In this document: piece after piece, positions 55,144 through 62,939 of the stretch
How positions within the stretch are numbered: the first letter of the stretch is position 1
How the letters are laid out: the number at the start of each line of letters is the position of its first letter
Source of the DNA: Candidatus Onthoplasma sp.
GTDB taxonomy: Bacteria > Bacillota > Clostridia > Christensenellales > UBA1242
Direction of reading: 5' to 3'
NCBI GenBank assembly: GCA_051883515.1
Contig: JBJETW010000014.1
Coordinates: 1,345 to 65,344 of the forward strand
Length of the DNA: 64,000 nucleotides
Notes under the pieces: model-generated
Databases searched by the model: none
What the model was told of the DNA's origin: nothing
Seen by the model: the letters and a program-made list of their open reading frames with translations, nothing else
Translations under genes and position numbers: made by a program

Positions 55144-57426
55144 TTATTTTTTAAGATAAGTCCTTGCCACCAAAACAGTCATGTCGTCTTTCGCGCTCAT
55201 TTCATTTAAACTAAGTGCTTGCGACAAAATATTTTCCGCAATCGTTTGTGGATTTGTTGAAACCAATTTTGCAACAAAATCTTTCAAGTTGTCTTGTGTC
55301 TTAAATGCGTCGGTCACCCCGTCTGTTGCCATAATCACCATATCTTTTGTAGTTATTGTGGTTTTGTATGTTGCTGGTGTGATGCTTTCAAGCGCACCGA
55401 TTGGCAAAGTTCCACCTTCAACAACTTCAAGATTGGAATCTCGTTTAATCAGTCCAAATGGAGAACCCACCTTAATAAAGTCCGCAATTTCTTGATTTAA
55501 GTCGAGCAAACAGACATCTAATGTGGAATAATTTTCTTGATTATTAATTGCGAGCAGTTTGTTTACACTTTCTAAAATTATATCGTTGTCAAAACCCGCC
55601 TTGTAAAAATTCTCAATAAGTCCGAGCGTTTTGGCGCTCATTTCATGTGCCTTTCTTCCAGCACCCATTCCATCACACAATGCCAATAAAAACCTTTCCC
55701 CAGAAAGACGTATAATACTATGGCAATCACCTGAGACTTCGTTCCCTGCTTTGTTGCAACTGGCAATTCCAAACACGCAATCATATCTTCCTGTTTTATG
55801 CATCATAATCGTGTTAAACTCGCCATCTTCAAACGGCACCACTTTTGTCACTTCCATTTGCGTTTTCAACACTTCGCTAACGACTTTTTCAATTATTGGA
55901 TTTAATGAATTTTCGCTTCTCACAACCAAGACCGCGGACAATTCATCATTTTTTTCTGCATATAACAACACTTCTTTACACTGGACGTTAAACGATAAAA
56001 GTCTGTTGATGATTTTATTTTCTTTCGCAATGTCAAAAGTGACATTCGTGTCAATTTCTTTCCCAAGATTTAAGAGCAAATTTGACACCGCGCCCATTTG
56101 TTCAGCCAACAAATATTTAACATTGTTAACATCTCCAACCATATTTTTATATTGTTTATATTCGTCTGTCAACCTGTTTAAAAGTGTTATAAGTTGATTC
56201 ATTTTCCCACATTTTGTCGACATTCCAGACGGAATATCCAACAATGAAACTTTACCCTTTTTTATCGCTGTTTCAATCAACTGGTCAATGTAAGAAAGAT
56301 TTTGCGAACCAATTGAACGCGTGCATCGATTTTTTTCAAGACAGTCCTTGCAACACGCGCACATAATTTCCCTACCAAACATCGCCACCAATTCATCTTT
56401 TGTCAAATCTCTTTTTATCATGTCAAGATGAATGCGCTTCATGTCTTGAAAAACATTGCTAAGTTCGCTCATTCGCTTTCGGATATTTTTCCTTGTGGTG
56501 TTAATGAGACTTCTAGAAGTTAGCTCACTGCTCTTCACATAGACAATATCTCCAAGTTGATTTAAATATTTGTTGCCAAGACATAAGAAAATCAATCCGG
56601 CGACAGCAAGTGGGACAATTGCCCAAATTATATCTGTTGACTTCGTGAAGAAAAACATTTGAACAAAGACGTCAGCAATAAGCGCCAAACATGTCATTTT
56701 TAGTTTATGTGGTAACGTAAACATGCTTGTTAAAAGTGCAACAATCATAAATTCCGCAATCGGGAGAAGCGAAAAACTGCTGAGCGCCACACCGAGAGAA
56801 AACGAAAGTGTCAATGAATAAGTCAGTTTCGGACTCTGAATTGCAATACACACAAAAATTGCCAGCATTAAAACAAGCCTATAAATTTCAAAATTCCAAA
56901 TTTTGACACCTGCAAGTCCCATTCCTAACGTCGCAACAAAAAATAAGAAGCAAACACTTTCATCTAAAGTCATTTTGAAACAATTTTTTCTAAGCAACAA
57001 CACTTGCAAAACTTTAACAAAAACAAACAGACTAATGAGTCCCAAAAAAATATATTCCACCAGATATTTCCAGTCTTGATAGTTATAGTAAATTAAAGTT
57101 GCCAGTGAAATTAAATAAGCAATAACAATTGTTATAAATCGAATTTTCTTTTTGCAAATTTTATGTAGGTAAAAAGTGACAAGTCCAACCAACACAAAAG
57201 TAAGACCCACCCAAATTGAACTTAAACTCCAACCAATTAAAGCAAATGAACCGAAGCAAATTATAGACAAGATTTTTTCATCAATCCCAACAAATAATCC
57301 CGCAAAATAAAACGCAATCAAAAATGGTGAAATTCCAGCGACATCTGCGTTAGTTAACAAAACCGCCACAAACAAAAGCACCAAACTTTTCCATAAAATA
57401 CTAAAATTAAATTTTTTTATTTTCAT
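55144..57426 (-). CDS. spoIIE: Stage II sporulation protein E (polytopic membrane PP2C phosphatase)
   Basis: Roughly 10 TM helices in the N-terminal third, and a C-terminal PP2C domain (LALCDGMGAGRKAHEMS ... MATDGVTD). It lies upstream of tilS, as in Bacillus. Start moved to the ATG at 57426 (GGAGA 5 nt upstream). Confidence 0.85.
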   Translation of the reverse strand: MKIKKFNFSILWKSLVLLFVAVLLTNADVAGISPFLIAFYFAGLFVGIDEKILSIICFGSFALIGWSLSSIWVGLTFVLVGLVTFYLHKICKKKIRFITIVIAYLISLATLIYYNYQDWKYLVEYIFLGLISLFVFVKVLQVLLLRKNCFKMTLDESVCFLFFVATLGMGLAGVKIWNFEIYRLVLMLAIFVCIAIQSPKLTYSLTLSFSLGVALSSFSLLPIAEFMIVALLTSMFTLPHKLKMTCLALIADVFVQMFFFTKSTDIIWAIVPLAVAGLIFLCLGNKYLNQLGDIVYVKSSELTSRSLINTTRKNIRKRMSELSNVFQDMKRIHLDMIKRDLTKDELVAMFGREIMCACCKDCLEKNRCTRSIGSQNLSYIDQLIETAIKKGKVSLLDIPSGMSTKCGKMNQLITLLNRLTDEYKQYKNMVGDVNNVKYLLAEQMGAVSNLLLNLGKEIDTNVTFDIAKENKIINRLLSFNVQCKEVLLYAEKNDELSAVLVVRSENSLNPIIEKVVSEVLKTQMEVTKVVPFEDGEFNTIMMHKTGRYDCVFGIASCNKAGNEVSGDCHSIIRLSGERFLLALCDGMGAGRKAHEMSAKTLGLIENFYKAGFDNDIILESVNKLLAINNQENYSTLDVCLLDLNQEIADFIKVGSPFGLIKRDSNLEVVEGGTLPIGALESITPATYKTTITTKDMVIMATDGVTDAFKTQDNLKDFVAKLVSTNPQTIAENILSQALSLNEMSAKDDMTVLVARTYLKK

Positions 57427-57550
57427 AAATTCTCCGTGTAAAATAAATGTTAACACTAAAAAAATTAAAAAAATGCCAAGAAAAATTAAAAAAATAAGCA
57501 AAAACACACTATTTTTGATAAATTTTGTAAATTTTTTTAATTAATTAAAT

Positions 57551-57580
57551 AAAAAAATAGACGAGTATTTCCCGCCTATT
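57551..57580 (-). terminator. Terminator after iscU
   Basis: The minus-strand RNA reads UAGGCGGG-AAAUA-CUCGUCUA (8 bp including two G-U pairs), followed by a U7 run. Confidence 0.55.
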
Positions 57581-57633
57581 ATTTTTTTATTTTTAAATTT
57601 TAAATAATCAAATTAAATTAATTTTAAATTAAA

Positions 57634-58074
57634 CTAATCGTGTTTATCATATTGTTTTACACACGCACATTCGCCCGCACAATATTTTTCTTTGTCGTAA
57701 TCAATGTGATGTTTTTCATAATAATCTTTGATTGCCGCTTTGACAACTTCTTCAGCCAAAACTGAACAGTGAATTTTGTGTGCTGGAAGCCCACCCAACG
57801 CTTCAACAACCGCTTGATTTGTTAGTTCCAACGCTTTTTCAATTGGTTGTCCTTTTATCATTTCAGTTGCAATTGATGTCGTTGCAATTGCACTTCCGCA
57901 ACCAAAAGTCATAAACTTTACATCTGTGATAATGTTGTCCTTAACCTTTATATACAAACGCATTATATCTCCACATTTTGCGTTCCCAACTTCTCCAATT
58001 CCGTCCGCATCTTCCATTTCACCAATGTTTCTTGGATTTCTGAAATGGTCCATGACTTTTTCATTATATAACAT
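57634..58074 (-). CDS. iscU: Fe-S cluster scaffold protein IscU/NifU-like
   Basis: GEVGNAKCGD, FGCGSAIATTS and HCSVLAEE carry the three ligand Cys. There is an extra Cys-rich tail, YCAGECACV. Confidence 0.9.
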   Translation of the reverse strand: MLYNEKVMDHFRNPRNIGEMEDADGIGEVGNAKCGDIMRLYIKVKDNIITDVKFMTFGCGSAIATTSIATEMIKGQPIEKALELTNQAVVEALGGLPAHKIHCSVLAEEVVKAAIKDYYEKHHIDYDKEKYCAGECACVKQYDKHD

Positions 58075-58087
58075 AATTCCCTCCTTT

Positions 58088-59272
58088 TTAAATTTTGTGT
58101 TGTCTTGTTCCGTTTTTTAATTCGTCCCAAACTGGACTTATTTTTCTTAAATAATCGACAATTTTTGGAACAACTGATATAACTTTATCGATTTCTTCTT
58201 CCGTTGTATATTTTGAAAGAGTGAGTCTCAAACTTCCATGTGCAACTTCATGTGGCAATCCAATTGATAGCAACACATGACTTGGGTCAAGCGAACCACT
58301 CGTGCAAGCCGAACCGCTTGATGCACAAATTCCTTCGTCACTAAGCAACAAAAGTAAACTCTCGCCTTCAATGCCTTCAAAACTCATGTTGAAGTTGTTT
58401 GGAAGTCTTTTTTCTCTGTCTCCATTTATTTTTGAATGACTTATTTTTGAAAGTTCATTAAACAACTTGTCTCTCAAACAAATTTCCTTTTTTGCAGTGT
58501 CTTCCATTTCATTTATTGCATCTTGGAGAGCCACAGAAAGACCAACAATCCCAGCAAGATTTTCCGTTCCCGCTCTTCTGTTTCTCTCTTGCGCTCCACC
58601 ATTCACAAAACTAAACAATGGAGTTGATTTTCTGCAATATAACACACCTATCCCTTTTGGTCCGTGAAATTTGTGAGCTGAAAGAGAAAGCATATCAATA
58701 TTCATATCTTCAACATCAATTGGAATGTGCCCTACCGCTTGAACTGCGTCAGTGTGGAAAATGACTCCTTTTTCTCTGCAAATCTTGCCAATTTCTTTGA
58801 TTGGTTGAATTGTTCCAATTTCATTGTTCGCAAACATAATTGTCACCAAACATGTTTCATCTGAAATCGCGTCTTTCAAATCTTCAACTTTCACAATTCC
58901 GTTTTCATAAACTGGCAAATATGTCACTTTGAATCCTTGTTTTTCTTTTTCCTTCAAAGTATGCAAAATTGCATGGTGCTCAAACGCCGATGTAATAATA
59001 TGTTTTTTCCCCTTCAGTGCCCCAAATCTGCACGCACTTTCAATCGCCCAGTTGTCACTTTCACTGCCACCAGATGTAAAATAAATTTCTTCAGGTTTTG
59101 CGCCTAAACATTTTGCCACAGTTTCTCTCGCATTCTCTAAATGTTCTCTCGCAATCTGCCCCATTTCGTGAAGTGAACTAGCATTCCCATAAATCTCTTG
59201 GAAATATGGCATCATTGCTTTTATAACACTATCAGAAACTTTTGTCGTTCCTGCGTTATCCAAATAAATCAT
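58088..59272 (-). CDS. iscS: Cysteine desulfurase (NifS/IscS class)
   Basis: IYLDNAGTT, the PLP-Lys region SLSAHKFHGPKGIG, and the active-site loop SSGSACTSG. Start moved to the ATG at 59272 (AAGGAG 5 nt upstream). Confidence 0.9.
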   Translation of the reverse strand: MIYLDNAGTTKVSDSVIKAMMPYFQEIYGNASSLHEMGQIAREHLENARETVAKCLGAKPEEIYFTSGGSESDNWAIESACRFGALKGKKHIITSAFEHHAILHTLKEKEKQGFKVTYLPVYENGIVKVEDLKDAISDETCLVTIMFANNEIGTIQPIKEIGKICREKGVIFHTDAVQAVGHIPIDVEDMNIDMLSLSAHKFHGPKGIGVLYCRKSTPLFSFVNGGAQERNRRAGTENLAGIVGLSVALQDAINEMEDTAKKEICLRDKLFNELSKISHSKINGDREKRLPNNFNMSFEGIEGESLLLLLSDEGICASSGSACTSGSLDPSHVLLSIGLPHEVAHGSLRLTLSKYTTEEEIDKVISVVPKIVDYLRKISPVWDELKNGTRQHKI

Positions 59273-59338
59273 TAAATCTCCTTTTAAATGTCCTACCAAA
59301 TTGGTATGACATCATTATAAAATTAAAAAGCATGTTTG

Positions 59339-59746
59339 TCAAGACTTTTTATATGTTTTATTGACCAAGTCTAACAAAGATATGCTTTTTAGATAATCAT
59401 ATATAATATTTGACAAAGTTTCCCAACAACCCATAGTCACGCATTTACATTGATTTGGGCAATGTGCTTTTTGGCAAGGGACCAATTCAGGCAAATCTCC
59501 AGTCACTGAAAGAATATCTGAGACCATACATTCATCAGGGGATTTTGCCAATTTATATCCACCGAGCGAACCCATTGAACTTTCAAGGAGTTTTGCTTTT
59601 GTGAGCAAAGACATAATTTTTTCAAGATATTTAACAGAAATGTTTTGTTTTTCTGCGATTTCAGACAAACTAACATATTCTTTTTTTGATTCTGCCAGCT
59701 GAGCCATAACTCTCACAGCATATTGCCCTTTTGACGATATTTTCAT
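59339..59746 (-). CDS. iscR: Rrf2-family transcriptional regulator (IscR-like)
   Basis: MKISSKGQYAVRVMAQLA is an Rrf2 wHTH. There is a Cys cluster CQKAHCPNQCKC. It sits directly upstream of iscS-iscU. Confidence 0.7.
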   Translation of the reverse strand: MKISSKGQYAVRVMAQLAESKKEYVSLSEIAEKQNISVKYLEKIMSLLTKAKLLESSMGSLGGYKLAKSPDECMVSDILSVTGDLPELVPCQKAHCPNQCKCVTMGCWETLSNIIYDYLKSISLLDLVNKTYKKS

Positions 59747-59828
59747 TTCCACTCCCCACTTTGAATTGAATATGTAAGTATTATAGCACAATTTTAAAAA
59801 ATATCATATAGGTTTTAATTAATTTTAT

Positions 59829-61058
59829 TTATTTTAGTATAACTTTTAAAAATATCTTTTTACCTTTCTTTACCACGAATTCTTTTTTGTTGATATCAAT
59901 TTTGTTATTAAGATCTACAATTCTTTCACCATCTACTAAAATTCCATTTTGGTCCACCAATCTTCGGATTTCTGATTTTGAATTAAAAATGTTTAATTTT
60001 GACAAAAAATCAATCACTTTTACATCTTTTTCAATGGATATTTCTTGTGTTGGCATATTTTCACTTTTGTTATTTCCTCCAAAAAGTTGTTCACTCGTGA
60101 GTTGTGCTTTTAATGCTTCTTCTTCGCCGTGAACAAGTTTTGTCACTTCAAAAGCCATCAATTTTTTTGCTTTAACAATATCTTCTTCACACATTTTTTT
60201 AATTTCTTTAGCATCAATTTTTGTGAAGAATTTTAACAATCGTTCAACATCTGCATCTAAGCAATTAATGAAATGTTGAAAAAATTCAAATGAAGATGTG
60301 TTATCTCTATTAACCCATAATGTACCTTTCTCAGTTTTGCCCATCTTAACTCCATCTGCGTTTGTAAGCAATGGACATGTCAACCCCATCATGACCGGCC
60401 TTTGAGTTCCATCTCTAAAATTCATTTTCCTGCTCAACTCAGTTCCCGCAACAATGTTCCCCCATTGGTCGGAACCACCAATTTGTAAAATACAATTAAA
60501 TTTATCATTTAGGTGGACGAAATCAAATGCCTGCATTAACATGTATCCCATTTCCATAAAGGTTAATCCACCTCTTTTAAGCCTGTTTTTGTATAAATCT
60601 TTTTTGAGCATTTCACTTATATTAAAATGAATTCCAACTTCTCTTAAAAAATCAATATAGCTTATAGAATTCAACCAATCAGCATTATCAACGATAATAG
60701 CCGGATTGTCTCCGTCCAAAGCAATAAATCTTTTGAGAATTCCTTTTATCTCTTTTGCATTCTTTTCAACTTCTTTTTTTGATAACATTTTTCTAATGTC
60801 TTTTTTACCACTTGGGTCACCAATTAAAGCAGTTGCTCCACCAACAAGAATTATGCACTTATGTCCACAATCTTGTAAAATTCTTGCCATCTGCAATCCA
60901 AAAAAATGACCTATATGCAAATCGTCAGCGGTTGGGTCTATTCCAAGATAAAATGTAATTGAGCCTCTTTTTAATGCATTTTTTATTTCTTCTAAATTTG
61001 TTGCTTGAAAAACAAAACCTCTGTTTTCCAATTGTTCAAACGCGTTGCTTTTAAACAT
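59829..61058 (-). CDS. tyrS: Tyrosine--tRNA ligase
   Basis: HIGH motif (DDLHIGHF), KMSKS motif (KMGKT), and a C-terminal S4-like domain. RBS is AAAGGAG. Confidence 0.95.
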   Translation of the reverse strand: MFKSNAFEQLENRGFVFQATNLEEIKNALKRGSITFYLGIDPTADDLHIGHFFGLQMARILQDCGHKCIILVGGATALIGDPSGKKDIRKMLSKKEVEKNAKEIKGILKRFIALDGDNPAIIVDNADWLNSISYIDFLREVGIHFNISEMLKKDLYKNRLKRGGLTFMEMGYMLMQAFDFVHLNDKFNCILQIGGSDQWGNIVAGTELSRKMNFRDGTQRPVMMGLTCPLLTNADGVKMGKTEKGTLWVNRDNTSSFEFFQHFINCLDADVERLLKFFTKIDAKEIKKMCEEDIVKAKKLMAFEVTKLVHGEEEALKAQLTSEQLFGGNNKSENMPTQEISIEKDVKVIDFLSKLNIFNSKSEIRRLVDQNGILVDGERIVDLNNKIDINKKEFVVKKGKKIFLKVILK

Positions 61059-61092
61059 ATATTTTCTCCTTTTTTATTTTAACATATTTTGC

Positions 61093-61146
61093 TTATTTCC
61101 CCAATACAACGCCCGAAAGGGCGTATATTTTTATTATAAATCTCAT
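61093..61146 (-). other. 17-codon sORF with strong RBS in the tyrS-proximal leader, containing a GC hairpin
   Basis: AGGAG lies 7 nt upstream. Hand translation gives MRFIIKIYALSGVVLGK, ending at TAA. It encloses ACGCCC-UUUC-GGGCGU (61109..61124). Confidence 0.25.
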
Positions 61147-61201
61147 AAATTTACTCCTAAATATAAAACTTTTTCTCAATTAAAATTTTTTAATATTAAA
61201 G

Positions 61202-61278
61202 AAAAAATCTGTCAACGTTTAATGCGACAGATTTTGAAATAAAAACTGCCACATAGTTTGAATCGCTATATGACAGAT
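61202..61278 (-). terminator. Two consecutive terminator-like hairpins in the tyrS upstream region
   Basis: T1: CUGUCAUAUAG (61276..61266) pairs with CUAUGUGGCAG (61256..61246; 11 bp including two G-U pairs), followed by UUUUUAUUU. T2: AAAAUCUGUC pairs with GACAGAUUUU (61203..61236 region), followed by UUC. Both left arms share AUCUGUC. Confidence 0.55.
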
Positions 61279-61323
61279 GTTTAATATGATACTTTACACA
61301 CAAATACTCCTACATACAGCAAT

Positions 61324-61368
61324 CTAAATGTAGTAGCAATAATATGAAATTTGTGTAAATGTTTTCAT
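61324..61368 (-). promoter_or_regulatory. 14-codon Tyr-rich leader ORF upstream of tyrS (candidate attenuation leader peptide)
   Basis: Hand translation gives ATG AAA ACA TTT ACA CAA ATT TCA TAT TAT TGC TAC TAC ATT TAG, i.e. MKTFTQISYYCYYI. AGGAG lies 7 nt upstream. It sits about 25 nt downstream of a perfect consensus promoter. Confidence 0.5.
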
Positions 61369-61393
61369 TAAATTTCTCCTATAATTATTTGTG

Positions 61394-61422
61394 ATTATAT
61401 TTCAAATTATAAAAAATGTCAA
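61394..61422 (-). promoter_or_regulatory. Perfect-consensus sigma-A promoter driving the Tyr-rich leader ORF
   Basis: Minus strand reads TTGACA (61422..61417), exactly 17 nt of spacer, then TATAAT (61399..61394). Confidence 0.6.
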
Positions 61423-61459
61423 CACATTCATTCGAAAAAACTTGTCGTTTTTTTATAAA

Positions 61460-61942
61460 CTAAATTTGCTTAAAAACTGTTATCATTCTATCAGTGTAGC
61501 CGTTTTTATAATAAAACTTCTTTGCTGTTTCATTATAAGCAAAAACATCAATTTGCACGAACTCACAATTGATAAATTTGAAATAGTCTTCCATTGTCTT
61601 TAACAGCATCGAGCCAACACCAATTTTTCTTATTCCTTTTTTTACAATAAGTTCGGATACTATTCCCTTTTTAGGACATGTATAATCTAGACTATCGCGT
61701 TCGTCATACGCTTGTATGTGTCCAGCAATAAAACCCACAACTTCACCATCGTCCATCGCAACAAAAATTTTCCCTTCATTATTTTTACAATCATCAAACA
61801 TGAATTCAAAATATTTTTTTCTATAATCTTTTGACATTATATTAAGGTTGAATTTGTCAATTTCAATAATATACTTTTGCAAATCTACTAATAAATCTTT
61901 TACGCTTTCAAAATGTATATTACTCATCTCTTCAATTTCCAT
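61460..61942 (-). CDS. GNAT-family N-acetyltransferase
   Basis: The acetyl-CoA-binding region is LIVKKGIRKIGVGSMLLKTMEDY, followed by AKKFYYKNGY. RBS is GGAG. Confidence 0.8.
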   Translation of the reverse strand: MEIEEMSNIHFESVKDLLVDLQKYIIEIDKFNLNIMSKDYRKKYFEFMFDDCKNNEGKIFVAMDDGEVVGFIAGHIQAYDERDSLDYTCPKKGIVSELIVKKGIRKIGVGSMLLKTMEDYFKFINCEFVQIDVFAYNETAKKFYYKNGYTDRMITVFKQI

Positions 61943-62034
61943 AAATTCTCCATATTGTATTCTTTATAAACAGGAATACTTCAAAATTAAATTAACAAAG
62001 TAATCAACTATAAACAAAATGCTATTAAAATAAT

Positions 62035-62109
62035 TGGCGTCCCCTGCGAGAATCGAACTCACAATTAGACCTTAGGAGGGTCTCGTTATATCCATTTAAC
62101 TAAGGGAAC
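62035..62109 (-). tRNA. tRNA-Arg (anticodon CCT), CCA encoded
   Basis: The 75-nt cloverleaf was folded by hand. Acceptor GTTCCCT/AGGGGAC; D arm GTTA/TAAC; anticodon arm AGACC-CTCCTAA-GGTCT; T arm GTGAG-TTCGATT-CTCGC; discriminator G followed by CCA. Confidence 0.9.
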
Positions 62110-62139
62110 ATATGATTTTATTGGATTTATTTAAATTGA

Positions 62140-62168
62140 TTATATGTCATATTTTGGGTTAATACAAG
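62140..62168 (-). promoter_or_regulatory. Promoter candidate for tRNA-Arg
   Basis: Minus strand reads TTGTAT (62168..62163), a 17-nt spacer, then TATAAT (62145..62140), about 30 nt upstream of the tRNA 5' end. Confidence 0.45.
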
Positions 62169-62373
62169 AAAATAGAATAAAAAAATCTTACTACTTTTTA
62201 ATTTTATCAAATTAATCTTAAATGTCAAGGAAATATTTAATTGTAGTTTTGATGTGGGTTTTCAATCACCGCAATTGCTATTCTTCTTTTAATTTCGTTA
62301 TTATATTCCTTGTTAAAATTTAATTCTTTACGTTTTTTGTCAATAATTGAAGTGAAAGCAGTCTGCTTTTTGC

Positions 62374-62402
62374 TTGACAAATAAATTACATTATCTTAAA
62401 AT
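62374..62402 (+). promoter_or_regulatory. Promoter candidate for the pheS leader
   Basis: TTGACA (62374..62379), a 17-nt spacer, then TAAAAT (62397..62402). Confidence 0.5.
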
Positions 62403-62439
62403 AATTTTATCTTAACAAAAACGTTGACAATGTGTGCAG

Positions 62440-62911
62440 TAGTAAATTTGTTCCATAAAGAGAGAACGTCCTTGGTTGAGAGATGTTTATGTTCAGCAAA
62501 TTTATGAATTTCAGCATTCGAGTTGCTTTTTGGAAAAGGTAGAGCCTAATCTCTTCCGCTAAGAAAAGCCAGACAAAACTGTAAAAATGAAATGAGGTCA
62601 AAACAATCCGCGTTTTAAACAAACGCTATAGGTCAAGTTGCAAACAATAATCCGTGAGATAATTTATCGGAACTGAAAGAATAAGCAACCGACCAAAGAG
62701 TCTATAATTGCGAGTTAATCGAGCAATTTGACAAAAGGGAGTGTTGCGTTTTCTAGGGCTCCCATGAGACTTGTCGTCGAATGGGAAGGAGGAGCAACCG
62801 ACCAAAAGGTCTATAATTGCGAGTTTATCGAGCAATTTGACAAAAGGGAGTGTTGCGACGACATAGGTGGTACCACGAACAAACTCGTCCTATGATTTGG
62901 GCGAGTTTTTT
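62440..62911 (+). ncRNA. T-box riboswitch leader of pheS(T), unusually long
   Basis: The T-box sequence AGGTGGTACCACG is at 62865..62877; its UGGU can pair with the ACCA end of tRNA-Phe. Antiterminator helix CATAGG (62862..62867) pairs with CCTATG (62889..62894). This competes with the terminator CTCGTCC (62884..62890) / GGGCGAG (62899..62905), which is followed by T6. The 5' part begins AAAGAGAGAACG...GGTTGAGAGATG. A candidate specifier UUC-A lies at 62510..62513, but I could not fold Stem I with confidence. Confidence 0.8.
62651..62868 (+). repeat. Tandem duplication (period 109 nt) inside the pheS leader
   Basis: The 65-nt cores at 62684..62748 and 62793..62857 are identical at 62 of 65 positions by hand alignment. 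The flanks are more diverged but alignable: TCCGTGAGA... versus TCCCATGAGA... upstream, and CTAGGGCTCCCATGA versus CATAGGTGGTACCACGA downstream. Confidence 0.85.
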
Positions 62912-62939
62912 GTTAATGTGAAAAAGAAAAGGAGAAAAT

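Noticed and set aside
61109-61124. GC hairpin followed on the plus strand by ATATTTTTATT, which reads as a plus-strand terminator.
   Set aside because: No plus-strand gene lies upstream of it, because tyrS occupies the opposite strand. It is more plausibly part of the minus-strand tyrS leader.
62262-62385. Minus-strand reading frame of about 46 codons (…QTAFTSIIDKKRKELNFNKEYNNEIKRRIAIAVIENPHQNYN) with protein-like composition.
   Set aside because: Only a TTG start is available, there is no RBS, and it overlaps the pheS promoter. It may be a gene remnant, but it is unsupported.
62407-62835. Two minus-strand ORFs (71 and 69 aa) between the tRNA and pheS.
   Set aside because: They overlap the plus-strand T-box leader and its tandem repeat, have no RBS, and give low-complexity translations. 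The region is better explained as structured leader RNA.
62750-62860. Resemblance of CTAGGGCTCCC ... GGTC...CGAG ... GACAAAAGGGAG to the ykkC (guanidine/ppGpp/PRPP) riboswitch consensus.
   Set aside because: The highly conserved GGUCCGAGAG block is interrupted and the other blocks match only loosely. The segment is part of the duplicated T-box-related unit. This needs a covariance-model scan, so I do not call it.
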